Assembly (NCBI GenBank): GCA_963833985.1
Contig: CAWIAD010000002.1
Location: 5,152,001 to 5,216,000 of the forward strand
Source of the DNA: an uncultured Planctomycetaceae bacterium
Lineage (GTDB): Bacteria > Planctomycetota > Planctomycetia > Isosphaerales > Isosphaeraceae
Reading direction: 5' to 3'
Length of the DNA stretch: 64,000 nt
Shown here: in pieces, positions 1-10,056 of the stretch
Layout of the letters: each line of letters begins with the position of its first letter
How positions within the stretch are numbered: the first letter of the stretch is position 1
Program-made: the position numbers and the translations under genes
The notes under the pieces: generated by a model
Database searches by the model: none
What the model was told of the DNA's origin: nothing
The model's input: only the letters and a program-made list of their open reading frames with translations

Positions 1-1545
1 ACGGACGATGTCGCCGAGACGCTTCTCCAGGTCTCATGGACACGCCGTGGACGTTCGCGAACGAATCGCTCGAGAGGACTGGCGGGGGCATTACGGTAGC
101 GCTCGCTGTCGATCAGCAAGTACGCCACATGATAACGATCGATGGCGGCCTCAATGTCGTCCGCAGAAGCGTCCGCGTCACCGGGCCGTTCCGCGGATGA
201 AATCTTCGAGCGCTTGACGACCGGTGGCCAGGAAGACTTCCCCTGGATGGCGCGTCAGGATCGGGCCTGAGCGATCGCCATGTTCCGCAAGCCAAACACA
301 CGCCGCATCGAACCCCTGGTTCCTTGCATCACGCCCGCGCCGCGCTTGAGTGGCCAGAGAATAGCCGGTATAGGGAAGCGTGATCGCCAGGATCATCGCC
401 GCGGCCATCGGCCGGATCAGTCGCCCTGGCAAGTGCAGGTCCAGGAAGCGCAGGACCGACCGAAACAACCACGAAATCCCATCAACGGTTCCGATCAGCA
501 GACCGGGAATGAGCGGGATCAGGAAGCGGCCGGCTTCGGTGTATGGCCAGACCAAGAGCAGGGCCAGGGAGCCAAGGCAGACCAGCCCGGCCAGCCGCCG
601 ATGCGGCCACCTCTGGGCCGCGAGCCATCCGGCAATCACAATGCCTGAGAATCCCAGGGCCCACAGGTTCGCCAGGCACTGCCAGACCGCTCCGCGACCA
701 AGCTCTGTGGCAAGCTCCACGACCGGACCGGTGAACTGATCGGGTATTCGCTGGAGGTAAAACAGAGCCTGACCGACGGCACGTCCGGGAAGACCCACAC
801 CGGCAGCGAAGAGCAAGCTCGCCTGAGTACTCTGCCGGGCTCCTGCCGCGACCATCCAGACGAGCCATGGAGTGATCAGAAGCAAGGACAGCAGCGCGGA
901 GCCAAGGGCCATACGCCATCGCCTGCGCAAACAGAGATCCAGGAGGATGGCCAGAATCAAGGTCAGTGCAACATGCCGCGTGAGCAGACAGGCCGCCAGC
1001 AAGCCGCCAAGCGACAGAAGCTGTCTCACGCCGTGACGATGGACCGCACGCACCGACGTCAGGATCGCCAGCTGGCAGAGCAACATGTAAAGCGGCTCCG
1101 ACAGAATCGCGGAGCCGGCACGGGTCCACACAGCGTTCAGCGCAAGGGCCAGCCCGAGCAGCAAGGCGACTCCGGGCCGATAGAGACTGCGGAACCAATG
1201 CCAGGCCGCCAGTGTGGCGCCCAAGGTGCAAGCGGCTGATACCAGGTGCGCCGCGAGATTCGATGGTCCTGTCACTCGCCAGACGATGGCGAGCAATAGC
1301 GGATAGCCGGGTGGGAAATGAGCGTGAGCGGGCCGCTCAGGGTGATCGATGGCGCGATAGCCTGTCCCGCCGGCCAGTGACCTGGCAAGCACGGCGTAGC
1401 CCGCCCCGTCATAGCGTGGAGAGGAGCTGAAGTCTCCCTGGGCGAGCATTCCCGCGATCACGGTCGTGGTGATGAGCCCCCTGGCAATACTCGGCTTGCA
1501 AAGACGACGTAGCAGTACCTCACTCCCGGCCAGCGACGCTCTCAC
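1..1545 (-). CDS. ArnT/GT39-like polytopic membrane glycosyltransferase; frameshift near 205, 3' end runs off the window
   Basis: Many TM segments and N-terminal 'PRYDGAGYAVLARSL...HFPPGYPLLLA' and 'LSEPLY' motifs typical of GT-C fold enzymes. After the ORF-track stop at 178, another frame reads on plausibly (ISSAERPGDADASADDIEAAIDRYHVAYLLID...) to the window edge. Confidence 0.65.
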
Positions 1546-2888
1546 GGGCAGGAGCTCCGGCTCATCGTGTTTGCTTTTCCTTCGCCCTGTTGCTTGATCG
1601 TCATGATCACGGTCTTGGCAACGAGCTCATGCCCGGCCCGGCTGAGATGGACGTGGTCATGGACGAAGTAAGGATTCGGATCTGGTTTGCCGGCTTCCAC
1701 GAAGGCACGGTCGGTATCGGCCAGGCCGGCGTGTCGGTCGGCGGCGGCTGCGCGACAGGCCTGAGCCATCTCTTCGATGGCGCCCCACCGCGCCGACGAG
1801 GGGTTGGCAGTGATCAGCAGCACGTCGGCCTTGCCTCGGGTCGCACTCCGAACGCGGTCAATCGCATCGCAGCAGACGCGTCGGAATTCCTCACCACGCA
1901 TCCCGGCATCCCAGTCGTTGCCGCCAAAGAAGATCGTGACCAGATCGGGATCGGGGGCTCGTGCAATCCAGCGCGGAATCAAGATCACGTTCTGGCGCAG
2001 CTGCGTGCCGCCAATCTCCGGGTTGACGATGGACACCTCCGATTGGTATGTGTCCTTCAAACTCTGCTTCACAAGATCGATCCAGCAGACCTCGCGGTTG
2101 GCCCGGTGCCGCTTGTCTGTCAGGGAGTCTCCCATGGTGATCATCGTCACTGGCTTGCCGGCAATGAGCTTGGCCAGCACTCTGGCGAGCGGGGGCCCGG
2201 AGGGAACTCGGTCGGTGGTATCGCGGTCGACCTTTGGCTCCAGCCTGACCTCGTCGATGTCGAAGCAGACCGGCGGATAGTCGCCCCAGTACCACCACCG
2301 GCCGATCATGATGGCGGAGAGCTTCGACGGCGGGTTGCCGCCGGGGGTGCCCAACGGCTTCGACCTGAGCCCGGGGAGGACCGGAATCAGGTCTTGCCAG
2401 GCGACCGAGAACCTGGACCACTCTCCGTTCCGGACCGGAAAGCACACATCGTAGCGCACCGAATAATCATCATCGTAGATGAACTGGAAGCCGCAGAACC
2501 CATCGCAATCCACTCCGCGAACCCAGAAGGAAAAGCCCTCGGCAATGTCCCACTCCGGCCTGCCGCGGATGTTGCTGGCGAAGAACGCGCTCTGCGCATC
2601 GGCCTCGAAACGAAACCGGACCGCCTTGCCAACCTGTCCGTTCACCAGCCGGGCCGAAGCTTTTTCTTTCGGAGACACAAACCGCAAGTCATCCATGGAG
2701 GCGATCAAGTTCGACTCCTGAGCCTTGATCGGCGGCATCGCGAACGAGATCGAGATCAGGAGCAACCAGAAAAGGCTGGTCTGGAACACGATACCTCCAG
2801 AGAGACTCACGCCAGTGTGCGAGGGTCCGCGTTTCCGAGCCCAGGTACTGACCGCGGCGCAGATCAATTGTACGATAGTCTTCCGCAC
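1542..2888 (-). CDS. Secreted SGNH/GDSL hydrolase with N-terminal carbohydrate-binding-like (CBM11/CIA30-like) domain
   Basis: SGNH blocks GDSLT, GG, FGGND and DHVH; hydrophobic signal-like segment; beta-rich N-domain. Stop overlaps the start of the downstream gene. True start may be further downstream. Confidence 0.75.
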   Translation of the reverse strand: MRKTIVQLICAAVSTWARKRGPSHTGVSLSGGIVFQTSLFWLLLISISFAMPPIKAQESNLIASMDDLRFVSPKEKASARLVNGQVGKAVRFRFEADAQSAFFASNIRGRPEWDIAEGFSFWVRGVDCDGFCGFQFIYDDDYSVRYDVCFPVRNGEWSRFSVAWQDLIPVLPGLRSKPLGTPGGNPPSKLSAIMIGRWWYWGDYPPVCFDIDEVRLEPKVDRDTTDRVPSGPPLARVLAKLIAGKPVTMITMGDSLTDKRHRANREVCWIDLVKQSLKDTYQSEVSIVNPEIGGTQLRQNVILIPRWIARAPDPDLVTIFFGGNDWDAGMRGEEFRRVCCDAIDRVRSATRGKADVLLITANPSSARWGAIEEMAQACRAAAADRHAGLADTDRAFVEAGKPDPNPYFVHDHVHLSRAGHELVAKTVIMTIKQQGEGKANTMSRSSCP

Positions 2889-3101
2889 CCTTCACTTGAG
2901 CAAAATGCCAGATGCCCGATGAACGCGCCGGGCACGGGGGTGAACGCATCTCGCCGGCCCGCCCGCGGTCCGCGCGTACACCCGATTGAAAGATGACCGG
3001 TTGCCATGCGCCGGTCAACAAGGCTCGAAAACCATGGACCCAAAAGCAGTCTTCCGGGCAGTATTCTTCGGTAGCGGCCTGATCCGGCACTGGAGCACGG
3101 C

Positions 3102-4893
3102 ATGAGGACAAGCAACAAGCCATTGGTATCCCGGGACATCGAGCAGCTTTTTCGACACGGGATCGCGGCCTCGCGGGACGCCTCCCCGGTTGACCCGCGT
3201 ACCGCGAACCGTGGCGAGCTGGCCTTCGAGGCTCTGGTGGCACGCCACGGACCGATGGTTCGCGGCGTTTGCCGGCGTTTACTGTTGAGCTCTCATGATG
3301 CGGATGACGCCTTCCAGACGACATTCCTTGTCCTGGCTCGCAAGGCCAATCAGGTTCGCCATCCCGACCGGCTCGGTCCATGGCTCTATGGCGTGGCGCA
3401 GGGTGGCCACCAAGGCCCGCAACCGCGCCGCCCGCTATCGCCACGAGCCGCCGGTCGAGGTTTACGATCGAGAGCCAAGCCGGGTCGAGTGGCTTGATGT
3501 GATGCCGATCGTCGATGCCGAACTCCGGCGGCTGCCGGCCAAGCACCGCGAGGTGCTTACCCTTTGCCTCATCAACGGAGCCACGGCCGAAGAGGCGGCC
3601 GCGCAACTTGGCTGTCCGGTCGGGACGGTCAAGAGCCGGCTCGCGCGCGGCCGGGACGTCCTGCGTGAGCGACTGATGGCCCGGGGCGTTGCTCCTGCCG
3701 TCGCACTGATGGCCGTTGCGTCCGGCGAAGCGTTCGCGTTCCCCGTTCCTGAAGCACTTGCCCGGGCGACCGTGGAACTGATGGTCTGTCGCTCGACGAC
3801 ACCAGGGTTCATCGCTTTACTTCAAGGAGTTATACCGCCCATGGTTCCAAGATCCTTCGTGTATTCGGGATTGATTCTCGGAGGCCTTGCCCTTGCCGGA
3901 GCGGGTACGGCGGTCTGGCTGAGCCCCTCCAGCGCCCAAGAGCCTCTGAGCGCGGGCGAGGCCGCGAGGCCGGTCCCTCCCCGGGGAGGAGCCAGAGATG
4001 CCAAGATCATGCATATGAAGCAGATCTTGCTGGCTTTTCACAACTGGCACTCGACGAACGGCAAGTTCCCTCCGGCGGCCAATTATGGTTCGGACGGCAA
4101 ACCCAAGCTGAGCTGGCGGGTGGCTCTGCTTCCGTACCTGGACAGCAACGACCTGTTCAATAAGTTTCACCTGAATGAGCCCTGGGACAGCCCGCACAAC
4201 AAGGCATTGATCGCTTACATGCCCGAAGTGTTCCAGACGCCCGACTTGCCGCCTGTTGCGCCGGGTTACACCAGAATTCGCGGATTTGCCGGCAAGGGCG
4301 CGATGTTCGAGGAACCAGGTGGTACCGACCTCTCACAGGTCACGGACGGAACCTCGAACACCCTGCTCATCACAGTGGCCAATGACGCAGTTCCCTGGAC
4401 GCAACCGGCCGAACTCGCATTCGCCGAGTACCAGCCCTTGCTGCCGGCACTGGATCATAGCGACCCGCACGGTTACACGCTCGGCATGACGGACGGGTCA
4501 GTCCGGTCTCTATCGACGATGAGCGAACCGTTCCTGCGCTCCCTCATCACCCGCAACGGCGGCGAGGTGATCCAGTGGCCGCAGGAGGACAACCGAGGTG
4601 CACCGACCACCGTTCAACCCTTACCAGGCTTCTCTCCGACCCCGGCGCCTACTCCACCTCCGACTCCCACGCTCGCGCTCGCCCCGGGGCAGGTGGTGCG
4701 TCACGCAGTCACTGTCGCCTCAACTCCGGTCATCGGCTCGCCTCCTCAACCTGTGAGCGGCGTGACCTATGTCGTCGGGCCCGGCTCGCTTCAGGATATT
4801 GACCAGCGGCTCCGCAAAGTGGAGGACAAGCTCGAGGTCATCCTCCAGAAGCTCAACCGGCTGGTTCCCGAAAACACTCCACTAGCGCGCTAA
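3102..4893 (+). CDS. Planctomycete-type ECF sigma-70 factor with TM helix and C-terminal DUF1559 domain; frameshift near 3397
   Basis: Region 2 'AFEALVARHGPMV...DADDAFQTTFLVLARKA...WLYGVA' (ORF 3102-3497) continues in ORF 3295-4893 with region 4 'EAAAQLGCPVGTVKSRLARGR', a TM segment and DUF1559 motifs (LSWRVALLPYL, EPWDSPHN, DGTSNTL, DGSV). Confidence 0.8.
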
Positions 4894-4969
4894 CCCACCG
4901 CGACCCGGAGAGCAGAGCCGTAACGGCTCGCTTCTCGAATCCAGCTCCGGACAATTCAATCCGCGCCCG

Positions 4970-5013
4970 AGGGCGCCGCCACCTTCTGCCAGGGTGTCGG
5001 CGCCCTTTCTTAT
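4970..5013 (+). terminator. Probable intrinsic terminator
   Basis: Stem agggcgccg-ccacctt...agggtgt-cggcgccct followed by ttcttat, about 75 bp after the sigma gene stop. Confidence 0.5.
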
Positions 5014-5410
5014 GTTACACAGGCGCAATTTGGGCGCGATTGTTCCGAAGCCTTGGGTTTCTTCGCTGTCGGCCCTCTCCCGAGCATGCGCACGCAGGAT
5101 GTTTTGTGCCATACGTCCCAAGTATCTCTGATCTGCAATTCTCTTTTAGAAGTGCCCCGCTCGTCTCGTAGACTGAGACTAGACCATCGAGGCGCGCTGT
5201 CCAGGGCGCCTTGAGAACTCCCGAGGAGCCGGGAGAGCCATCCACACCGTTCTCCGGGCCGCGCGGTCCATGGAAACCGCTGCGCACCGCGCTGGCCGCG
5301 GAGTGACAGCGCGCGGTGTGGAATCCAGTACGGTCCAGGCTGCGTCAGGTCTTGCGCTGCATGGCAGACACTGTGCCCACAAATCCCGATTCGAGAGAGG
5401 AGGCCGTAAG

Positions 5411-5941
5411 TTGTCTCGCGCAGTTTTGATCTTCTCGATGCTTTGCGCTGTCTCGACCGCGAGCGCGCAGTCCCCGCCAGTAATCGTTTACCCGGCAGGC
5501 ACGTATTCGATCACCACCACGGGGCCCACGACAATCACCTACACAGCCACCAGTGTCACGCTGTCCTGGGCGGTGGCGCCGGGCCCAGTCCCGCCGACGC
5601 CGGTCCCTCCCGCACCGGCTCCCACGCCGGTACTTTCCGGCCATGTCTGGGCACTGGCGATCTATGACCCCGCTGTCGCATTGCCCACCGCGCAGCAAGC
5701 GGCCCTCACCAGCCCCACGCTGAAGGCCGCGGCACTCTTGCAGGACGTGGACATCCAGCCCTTCAAGAGCAATGACCCGAGCGTTGCGAGCTGGCTGCCA
5801 CACTTGCCCAAGAGCGGTTTGCCGGCCCTGCTGTTCGTCCAGAGAACAGCGGCGGGAACCGGTGAGCTTGCCCACGCGGTTGCGCTGCCCGCTTCCGAAG
5901 CCGATATCCTTTCCCTGGTGAACAAGGTGAGGGGCAAGTGA
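5411..5941 (+). CDS. Exported hypothetical protein (signal peptide, Pro linker, thioredoxin-like C-domain without CxxC); phage-like
   Basis: GGAGG RBS before TTG at 5411; signal peptide ending ASA; linker PGPVPPTPVPPAPAPTP; stop overlaps the next start (TGATG). Confidence 0.6.
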   Translation: MSRAVLIFSMLCAVSTASAQSPPVIVYPAGTYSITTTGPTTITYTATSVTLSWAVAPGPVPPTPVPPAPAPTPVLSGHVWALAIYDPAVALPTAQQAALTSPTLKAAALLQDVDIQPFKSNDPSVASWLPHLPKSGLPALLFVQRTAAGTGELAHAVALPASEADILSLVNKVRGK

Positions 5942-6903
5942 TGTACACCGCCTCGACGGTTCGCCGCTGGCTGCCATTCAAAGAGCAATTCGTCCACTTC
6001 ACTCCGCGCTGCCGGATGCCCGCCCGGCGACCGATGGCCCGGCTCTTCGCGGCGACCATGCCGCCGGTCACGCTGCCGGTGGACTGGACAAAGAACAACA
6101 CCCTGTCGTTCCCTTACGACGGTAACGACCAGTACGGCGACTGCATGTATGCCGCGGCCTGCCATCAAGACAACAGCATGACCGGCATGGTAGGCACGGA
6201 ATCGGTCTTCGACACGAAGGCCATCATCAAGGCGTATCTGGCGCTCAGCGGGGGCGACAACGGGCTTGATGAGGAGATGATCGTCGGCGAGTGGAAGAAG
6301 GGGCTGGCCGGCGTAGCGGCAGCCAACATCTTCGATTCGGTGGACATCGACCCGACCGACGCGAACTTGATGCAGGCAGCCCTCTACCTGTTCGGCGGTG
6401 TGCAATTTCAGCTCAGCGTGCCGGACAGGTGGATCAACAACTTCAAAACCGGTGCCGTCTGGGACGCACCCGCGCTTCCCAACCCGATGAACGGCCACGG
6501 CATCACATTCTGCGGTGTCGACTCGAACGGTAACTACAAGCTCCTGACATGGGGCACTTACGGCTGGATCACGCCCGCCGGTGTGGCGCACTGCGATCCG
6601 TCCGCGTTCGCCGTGGCCAGTTTGCGGTGGTTCAATGCACAGGGCTACGCCCCCAACGGCATGCACTACACGCAGCTCGCCCCCCTCTGGGTGCAACTTG
6701 GCGGAGCTGCCTGGCCGGCGTCTCCATTCCCTGCGCCAGCGCCCACGCCAACACCGGTTCCCACGCCAACACCGGTTCCCACGCCAACACCCATTCCCCC
6801 CTTGCCCGGCCCTGTGCCTGACCCCGTGACCGTACAGTTCGCCGGATGGAACGTGACTCTTTCGGCTTCTCTCATCGATCCCCCGCCCGTGGCGGGAAAC
6901 TGA
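5941..6903 (+). CDS. Papain-like (C1-type fold) cysteine peptidase, putative lysin-like enzyme
   Basis: 'GNDQYGDCMYAA' (catalytic Cys), 'GGDNG', 'GHGITFCGV' (catalytic His) and 'LTWG', in papain order; Pro/Thr-rich tail. Confidence 0.65.
   Translation: MYTASTVRRWLPFKEQFVHFTPRCRMPARRPMARLFAATMPPVTLPVDWTKNNTLSFPYDGNDQYGDCMYAAACHQDNSMTGMVGTESVFDTKAIIKAYLALSGGDNGLDEEMIVGEWKKGLAGVAAANIFDSVDIDPTDANLMQAALYLFGGVQFQLSVPDRWINNFKTGAVWDAPALPNPMNGHGITFCGVDSNGNYKLLTWGTYGWITPAGVAHCDPSAFAVASLRWFNAQGYAPNGMHYTQLAPLWVQLGGAAWPASPFPAPAPTPTPVPTPTPVPTPTPIPPLPGPVPDPVTVQFAGWNVTLSASLIDPPPVAGN
6742..6795 (+). repeat. 18-bp tandem repeat encoding PTPTPV linker
   Basis: cccacgccaacaccggtt twice, plus a third degenerate copy. 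Confidence 0.85.
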
Positions 6904-6910
6904 GGACACC

Positions 6911-7180
6911 ATGACAACAGGATTCACTCCCGCGGTTCAGTCGTACTCCGTCGTCCCCAATACTGATGGGACGATCGATATGGTCGTGAAGCTTGGACCG
7001 GCCTCCGTTAACGCGCAGGGCATCAACTGGTCCGGCCTGCTTCAGCTCCTGGTGACCTACGGTCCCAGCATGATGTCCGCGCTGTCGGCGCTGCTGGCGA
7101 TTTTCGCCAGTCCCTCGCCGGCTCCAGCTCCCACACCTGTCCCGGCCCCGACCCCGAGCCCGACAACCACCATTCATTGA
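6911..7180 (+). CDS. Small hypothetical protein with amphipathic/hydrophobic helix and Pro-Thr tail
   Basis: GAGGA RBS; 'GINWSGLLQLLVTYGPSMMSALSALLAIF'. Confidence 0.6.
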   Translation: MTTGFTPAVQSYSVVPNTDGTIDMVVKLGPASVNAQGINWSGLLQLLVTYGPSMMSALSALLAIFASPSPAPAPTPVPAPTPSPTTTIH

Positions 7181-7188
7181 GGACCATC

Positions 7189-7371
7189 GTGAAAGCGACA
7201 CACATTTCCTATGCGGCCCTGCTCGCCGCTCTTGGCCAGTTGCTGATTGCGGCAAGCGCAGCTGATGAGAAGGCAGTGGCCGCGTCGATCACCGCAGTGA
7301 TCCTGGCGTTCTTGCCCGCGATCTGGCCAACGCCGACTAGCGGCTCCGACGTCCCAAGCTCTCCGGCTTGA
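7189..7371 (+). CDS. Small two-helix membrane protein, holin-like
   Basis: RBS context tgaggaccatc-GTG resembles that of the previous gene (tgaggacacc-ATG); two hydrophobic helices in 60 aa. Confidence 0.5.
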   Translation: MKATHISYAALLAALGQLLIAASAADEKAVAASITAVILAFLPAIWPTPTSGSDVPSSPA

Positions 7372-7379
7372 GAACCCGT

Positions 7380-7447
7380 GGCCAGTGGCCGGGACATTCG
7401 ATGCCGGCGCGGCTCGGTCTGCCGCCCCGGGCTTCCGGTCACTGGCC
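7380..7447. repeat. Long intergenic inverted repeat / hairpin
   Basis: ggccagtggccgg ... ccggtcactggcc (13-bp arms with one G:U pair). Confidence 0.5.
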
Positions 7448-7490
7448 TGGCTAGACCCGTAACTCTATCTCCATCTGGCAGTTCACGCCC

Positions 7491-7733
7491 ATGAGCACAT
7501 TTACCTTGCGCCTCGTCACTGCCGTGGTCCTGTTCGTTTTCAGTATCACGCTGTGCGCTTATGATTACTGGATGAGCTGGGCCAACAATGACGCCACAAT
7601 TTCCAAGCTGCTCCTGTGGATTGGGGCCCACGCACCTGTCACGTCGATGGTGTTCTGCTTCTGGGCCGGCATCCTGGTGGGGCATCTCTTCCTGCCTCAG
7701 ATTTCTCTGGACCAGAAGCCGGCGCGAGACTGA
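7491..7733 (+). CDS. Small two-TM membrane protein (phage-like)
   Basis: 80 aa, two TM helices, pattern YD...TIS...P...GILVGHLFLPQ. Confidence 0.6.
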   Translation: MSTFTLRLVTAVVLFVFSITLCAYDYWMSWANNDATISKLLLWIGAHAPVTSMVFCFWAGILVGHLFLPQISLDQKPARD

Positions 7734-7865
7734 AGCAGTGCGAATCCTCGGCCCCGAAGCCATCGCACGGACAGCAACGTCCGAGTGCGGCAGTTCGCGG
7801 CCGCACTCGTCCCATGGCGGTGGCGACAAGGCTTGGCCACCGCGAGGTGAGCCCGTCCGCTTCCT

Positions 7866-8945
7866 TCAGGAGGCCACCGAGATCGCCGGGAATTCCAGAC
7901 GTGCCAGCGGCAGCCGAGCGTGGTACCCGGCGTCTCTCGGCTTTGCGGCCGGGCCGCGCGAAGCAGCGACCTGCGTGCTTGCCGGTGCGGCGGCGTTCTC
8001 TTGATGTGCTTCGGCCACCCGGTGGCGGCGCCGCTCGGAATGCCTCGTCCGCGACGAACTTGCGATGGGGGTCAACGGAGACGAGGCGGTGAGCTTGCTG
8101 ACAGCGCGAAGCTCGATCTTGCGCACCCATTCCCGGGTCACTCCCACGCGACGGCCAATTTCCTTGAGCGTCAGCGGCGGTTCGTCGAGCAGGCCGAATC
8201 GGAGTGAGACGATCAAGCGCTCACGCTCATCGAGGCGGTCCAGCCGGCGCAGGACCTCCGTCCGGTCGTCGTTGAGCTCCAGTGCGATCTCCGGCGTCTG
8301 AACGCTGGTTGTCGACTCATCGGGAGACCACACCGTGTCCTCGTCTCCCATGTTGCTTTCCAGCTTGAGTTGACTGGCCCGCCGCGCCTTGGCCACCAAC
8401 ATCTTCTGGTTCTCGGTCAGGCCGAGATGAGCCGCGATCTCGTCAAAGGTGGGTGCCCCACCGCGTTCCCGACTGAGCTGTCGTTCCGCCCTGCGCCACC
8501 TGGTGAGCAAACCGAACATGTGGGCAGGTAGACGGATCGTGCTGGATGTGTTGATCAGCGCGTGGCGGATCGCTTGCTTGATCCAGTAACTGGCATAAGT
8601 GCTGAAGCGCGTCCCGAAGCGAGGGTCGTACTCTTCAGCCGCCCGGATGAGCCCCAGGTTCCCCTCGCCGATCAGATCATCCATGACCATTCCTCGTCCG
8701 AGATAATCGCGGGCGATCTTCACCACCAATCTCAGATTCGCCTCGATCATCCGGGCTCGAGCATCGCTGTCCCCGCGTGCGATGGCGTTCGCCAGATCGC
8801 GTTCATCGTCCGCCGACAGCAAGGACACCTGGTTGATATCGCGAAAATAGGTTTGTAGCTCGTTCGGGACACCGTATCCCTTCGTCGTGTTGTTCATCGA
8901 GGTGCTCCCTGATTCCAGTTGCTTCCGATCGAGGCTCTCACTCAC
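7866..8945 (-). CDS. Sigma-70 factor, RpoD/RpoS-like without region 1.1 (group-2-like)
   Basis: Region 1.2 'LQTYFRDI', region 2 'MIEANLRLVVKIARDY...GNLGLIRAAEEYDP...RFSTYASYWIKQAI', region 4 'TLKEIGRRVGVTREWVRKIE'. Confidence 0.9.
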   Translation of the reverse strand: MSESLDRKQLESGSTSMNNTTKGYGVPNELQTYFRDINQVSLLSADDERDLANAIARGDSDARARMIEANLRLVVKIARDYLGRGMVMDDLIGEGNLGLIRAAEEYDPRFGTRFSTYASYWIKQAIRHALINTSSTIRLPAHMFGLLTRWRRAERQLSRERGGAPTFDEIAAHLGLTENQKMLVAKARRASQLKLESNMGDEDTVWSPDESTTSVQTPEIALELNDDRTEVLRRLDRLDERERLIVSLRFGLLDEPPLTLKEIGRRVGVTREWVRKIELRAVSKLTASSPLTPIASSSRTRHSERRRHRVAEAHQENAAAPASTQVAASRGPAAKPRDAGYHARLPLARLEFPAISVAS

Positions 8946-9462
8946 GCCGCGGCCGTATCAGAGCTTCCCTTCACGCACCGTGCTGGGGTTGACCCATCCG
9001 GATTCCTTGGATGCACCCACGTTCGCGACAGCCGAGCGATCCTGCGGGCTGTCTGCGTGCTTCCTGCCATGGAAGCGAGCGTCATCCTCACTCAGTTGCA
9101 AATCAGCCCGAAATCCGGCAAGGAAAAGCGGATTTTTTTAGCGTGACCTCGGCCCTCGGGTTTTCTGGGCTCACCTGGGAGGACACTGCCGAGTCGTGAC
9201 CGCGTGTCCTGATTCCGAGCAATGGGCCAGTACTTTACAAAGGAAATCAAATTGAAACTCTTGACGTGCCGCGTCGCCTGACGACTATGAATCTGTCCGG
9301 CGATGATGTTTAATTAATGGCGGGCCCCGGTTTCGAAATGAGTATGTGCAAGGCCGGAGTGCGGCCGCTCGGAGTGCCTCGCGGTAGGCTGATCGACCCG
9401 ACGATACCGCCACCGAAGGCAAGCCGACACGCATCGACCCGTTCCGAGAGGGGGAGGCGCCG

Positions 9463-10056
9463 ATGCCCGAAGAGCCCGACATTGACGATCTGCTCACGCG
9501 AGCCCGAACGGGCGATGAACAGGCCATTCGCGAGTTCCTGGCACGGTTCGAGCCCGAAGTGCGGATCATGGTCCGAGGCCGCCTGCCGCGCATGCTCCGC
9601 GCGCAGTTTGATTCCATGGACTTCGTGCAGGCGGTGTGGAAGAGTTTCTTCGTCGACCTGCGCGACAGTCCGCGCCGGTTCGACAACATCCAGCATCTGC
9701 GGAAGTTCCTCTCAGGGGTGGCCCGCAACAAGGTGTTCCAGGAGCATCGCCGGCTGACGCGCACCAAGAAGCGCGCGCTTTCGCAGCAGCAGAGTTTCCA
9801 TCTCCACCGCGGGTCGCGCGAGGCGGAGCAGGAACCGGTCTCGCCGGATCCGACCCCCAGCATGGCGCTCCAGGCCAGTGAACGGCTCGCGCAACTTGTG
9901 GCGGGATGCAAGCCGCTGGAAATTCAGGTCATCACGCTCAGGCATCAGGAGCTGACTTTCGACGAGATTGCCAGGCGGACCGGGCTCAGCGAACGCGCGG
10001 TCCGCAGGATCATCGATCTGGCACGTGAGCGGATGGAGGCCAGGGGATGGCGTTGA
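9463..10056 (+). CDS. ECF sigma factor (kinase-associated planctomycete type)
   Basis: 'LLTRARTGDEQA...DSMDFVQAVWKSFF...VARNKV...TPS...EIARRTGLSERAVRR'; overlaps the kinase start. Confidence 0.8.
   Translation: MPEEPDIDDLLTRARTGDEQAIREFLARFEPEVRIMVRGRLPRMLRAQFDSMDFVQAVWKSFFVDLRDSPRRFDNIQHLRKFLSGVARNKVFQEHRRLTRTKKRALSQQQSFHLHRGSREAEQEPVSPDPTPSMALQASERLAQLVAGCKPLEIQVITLRHQELTFDEIARRTGLSERAVRRIIDLARERMEARGWR

Noticed and set aside
4900..7800. Intact prophage, or att/tRNA integration site around the phage-like cassette
   Set aside because: No integrase or structural genes; ctcgaatcc near 4935 does not fold as a tRNA; no flanking direct repeat was found by eye.
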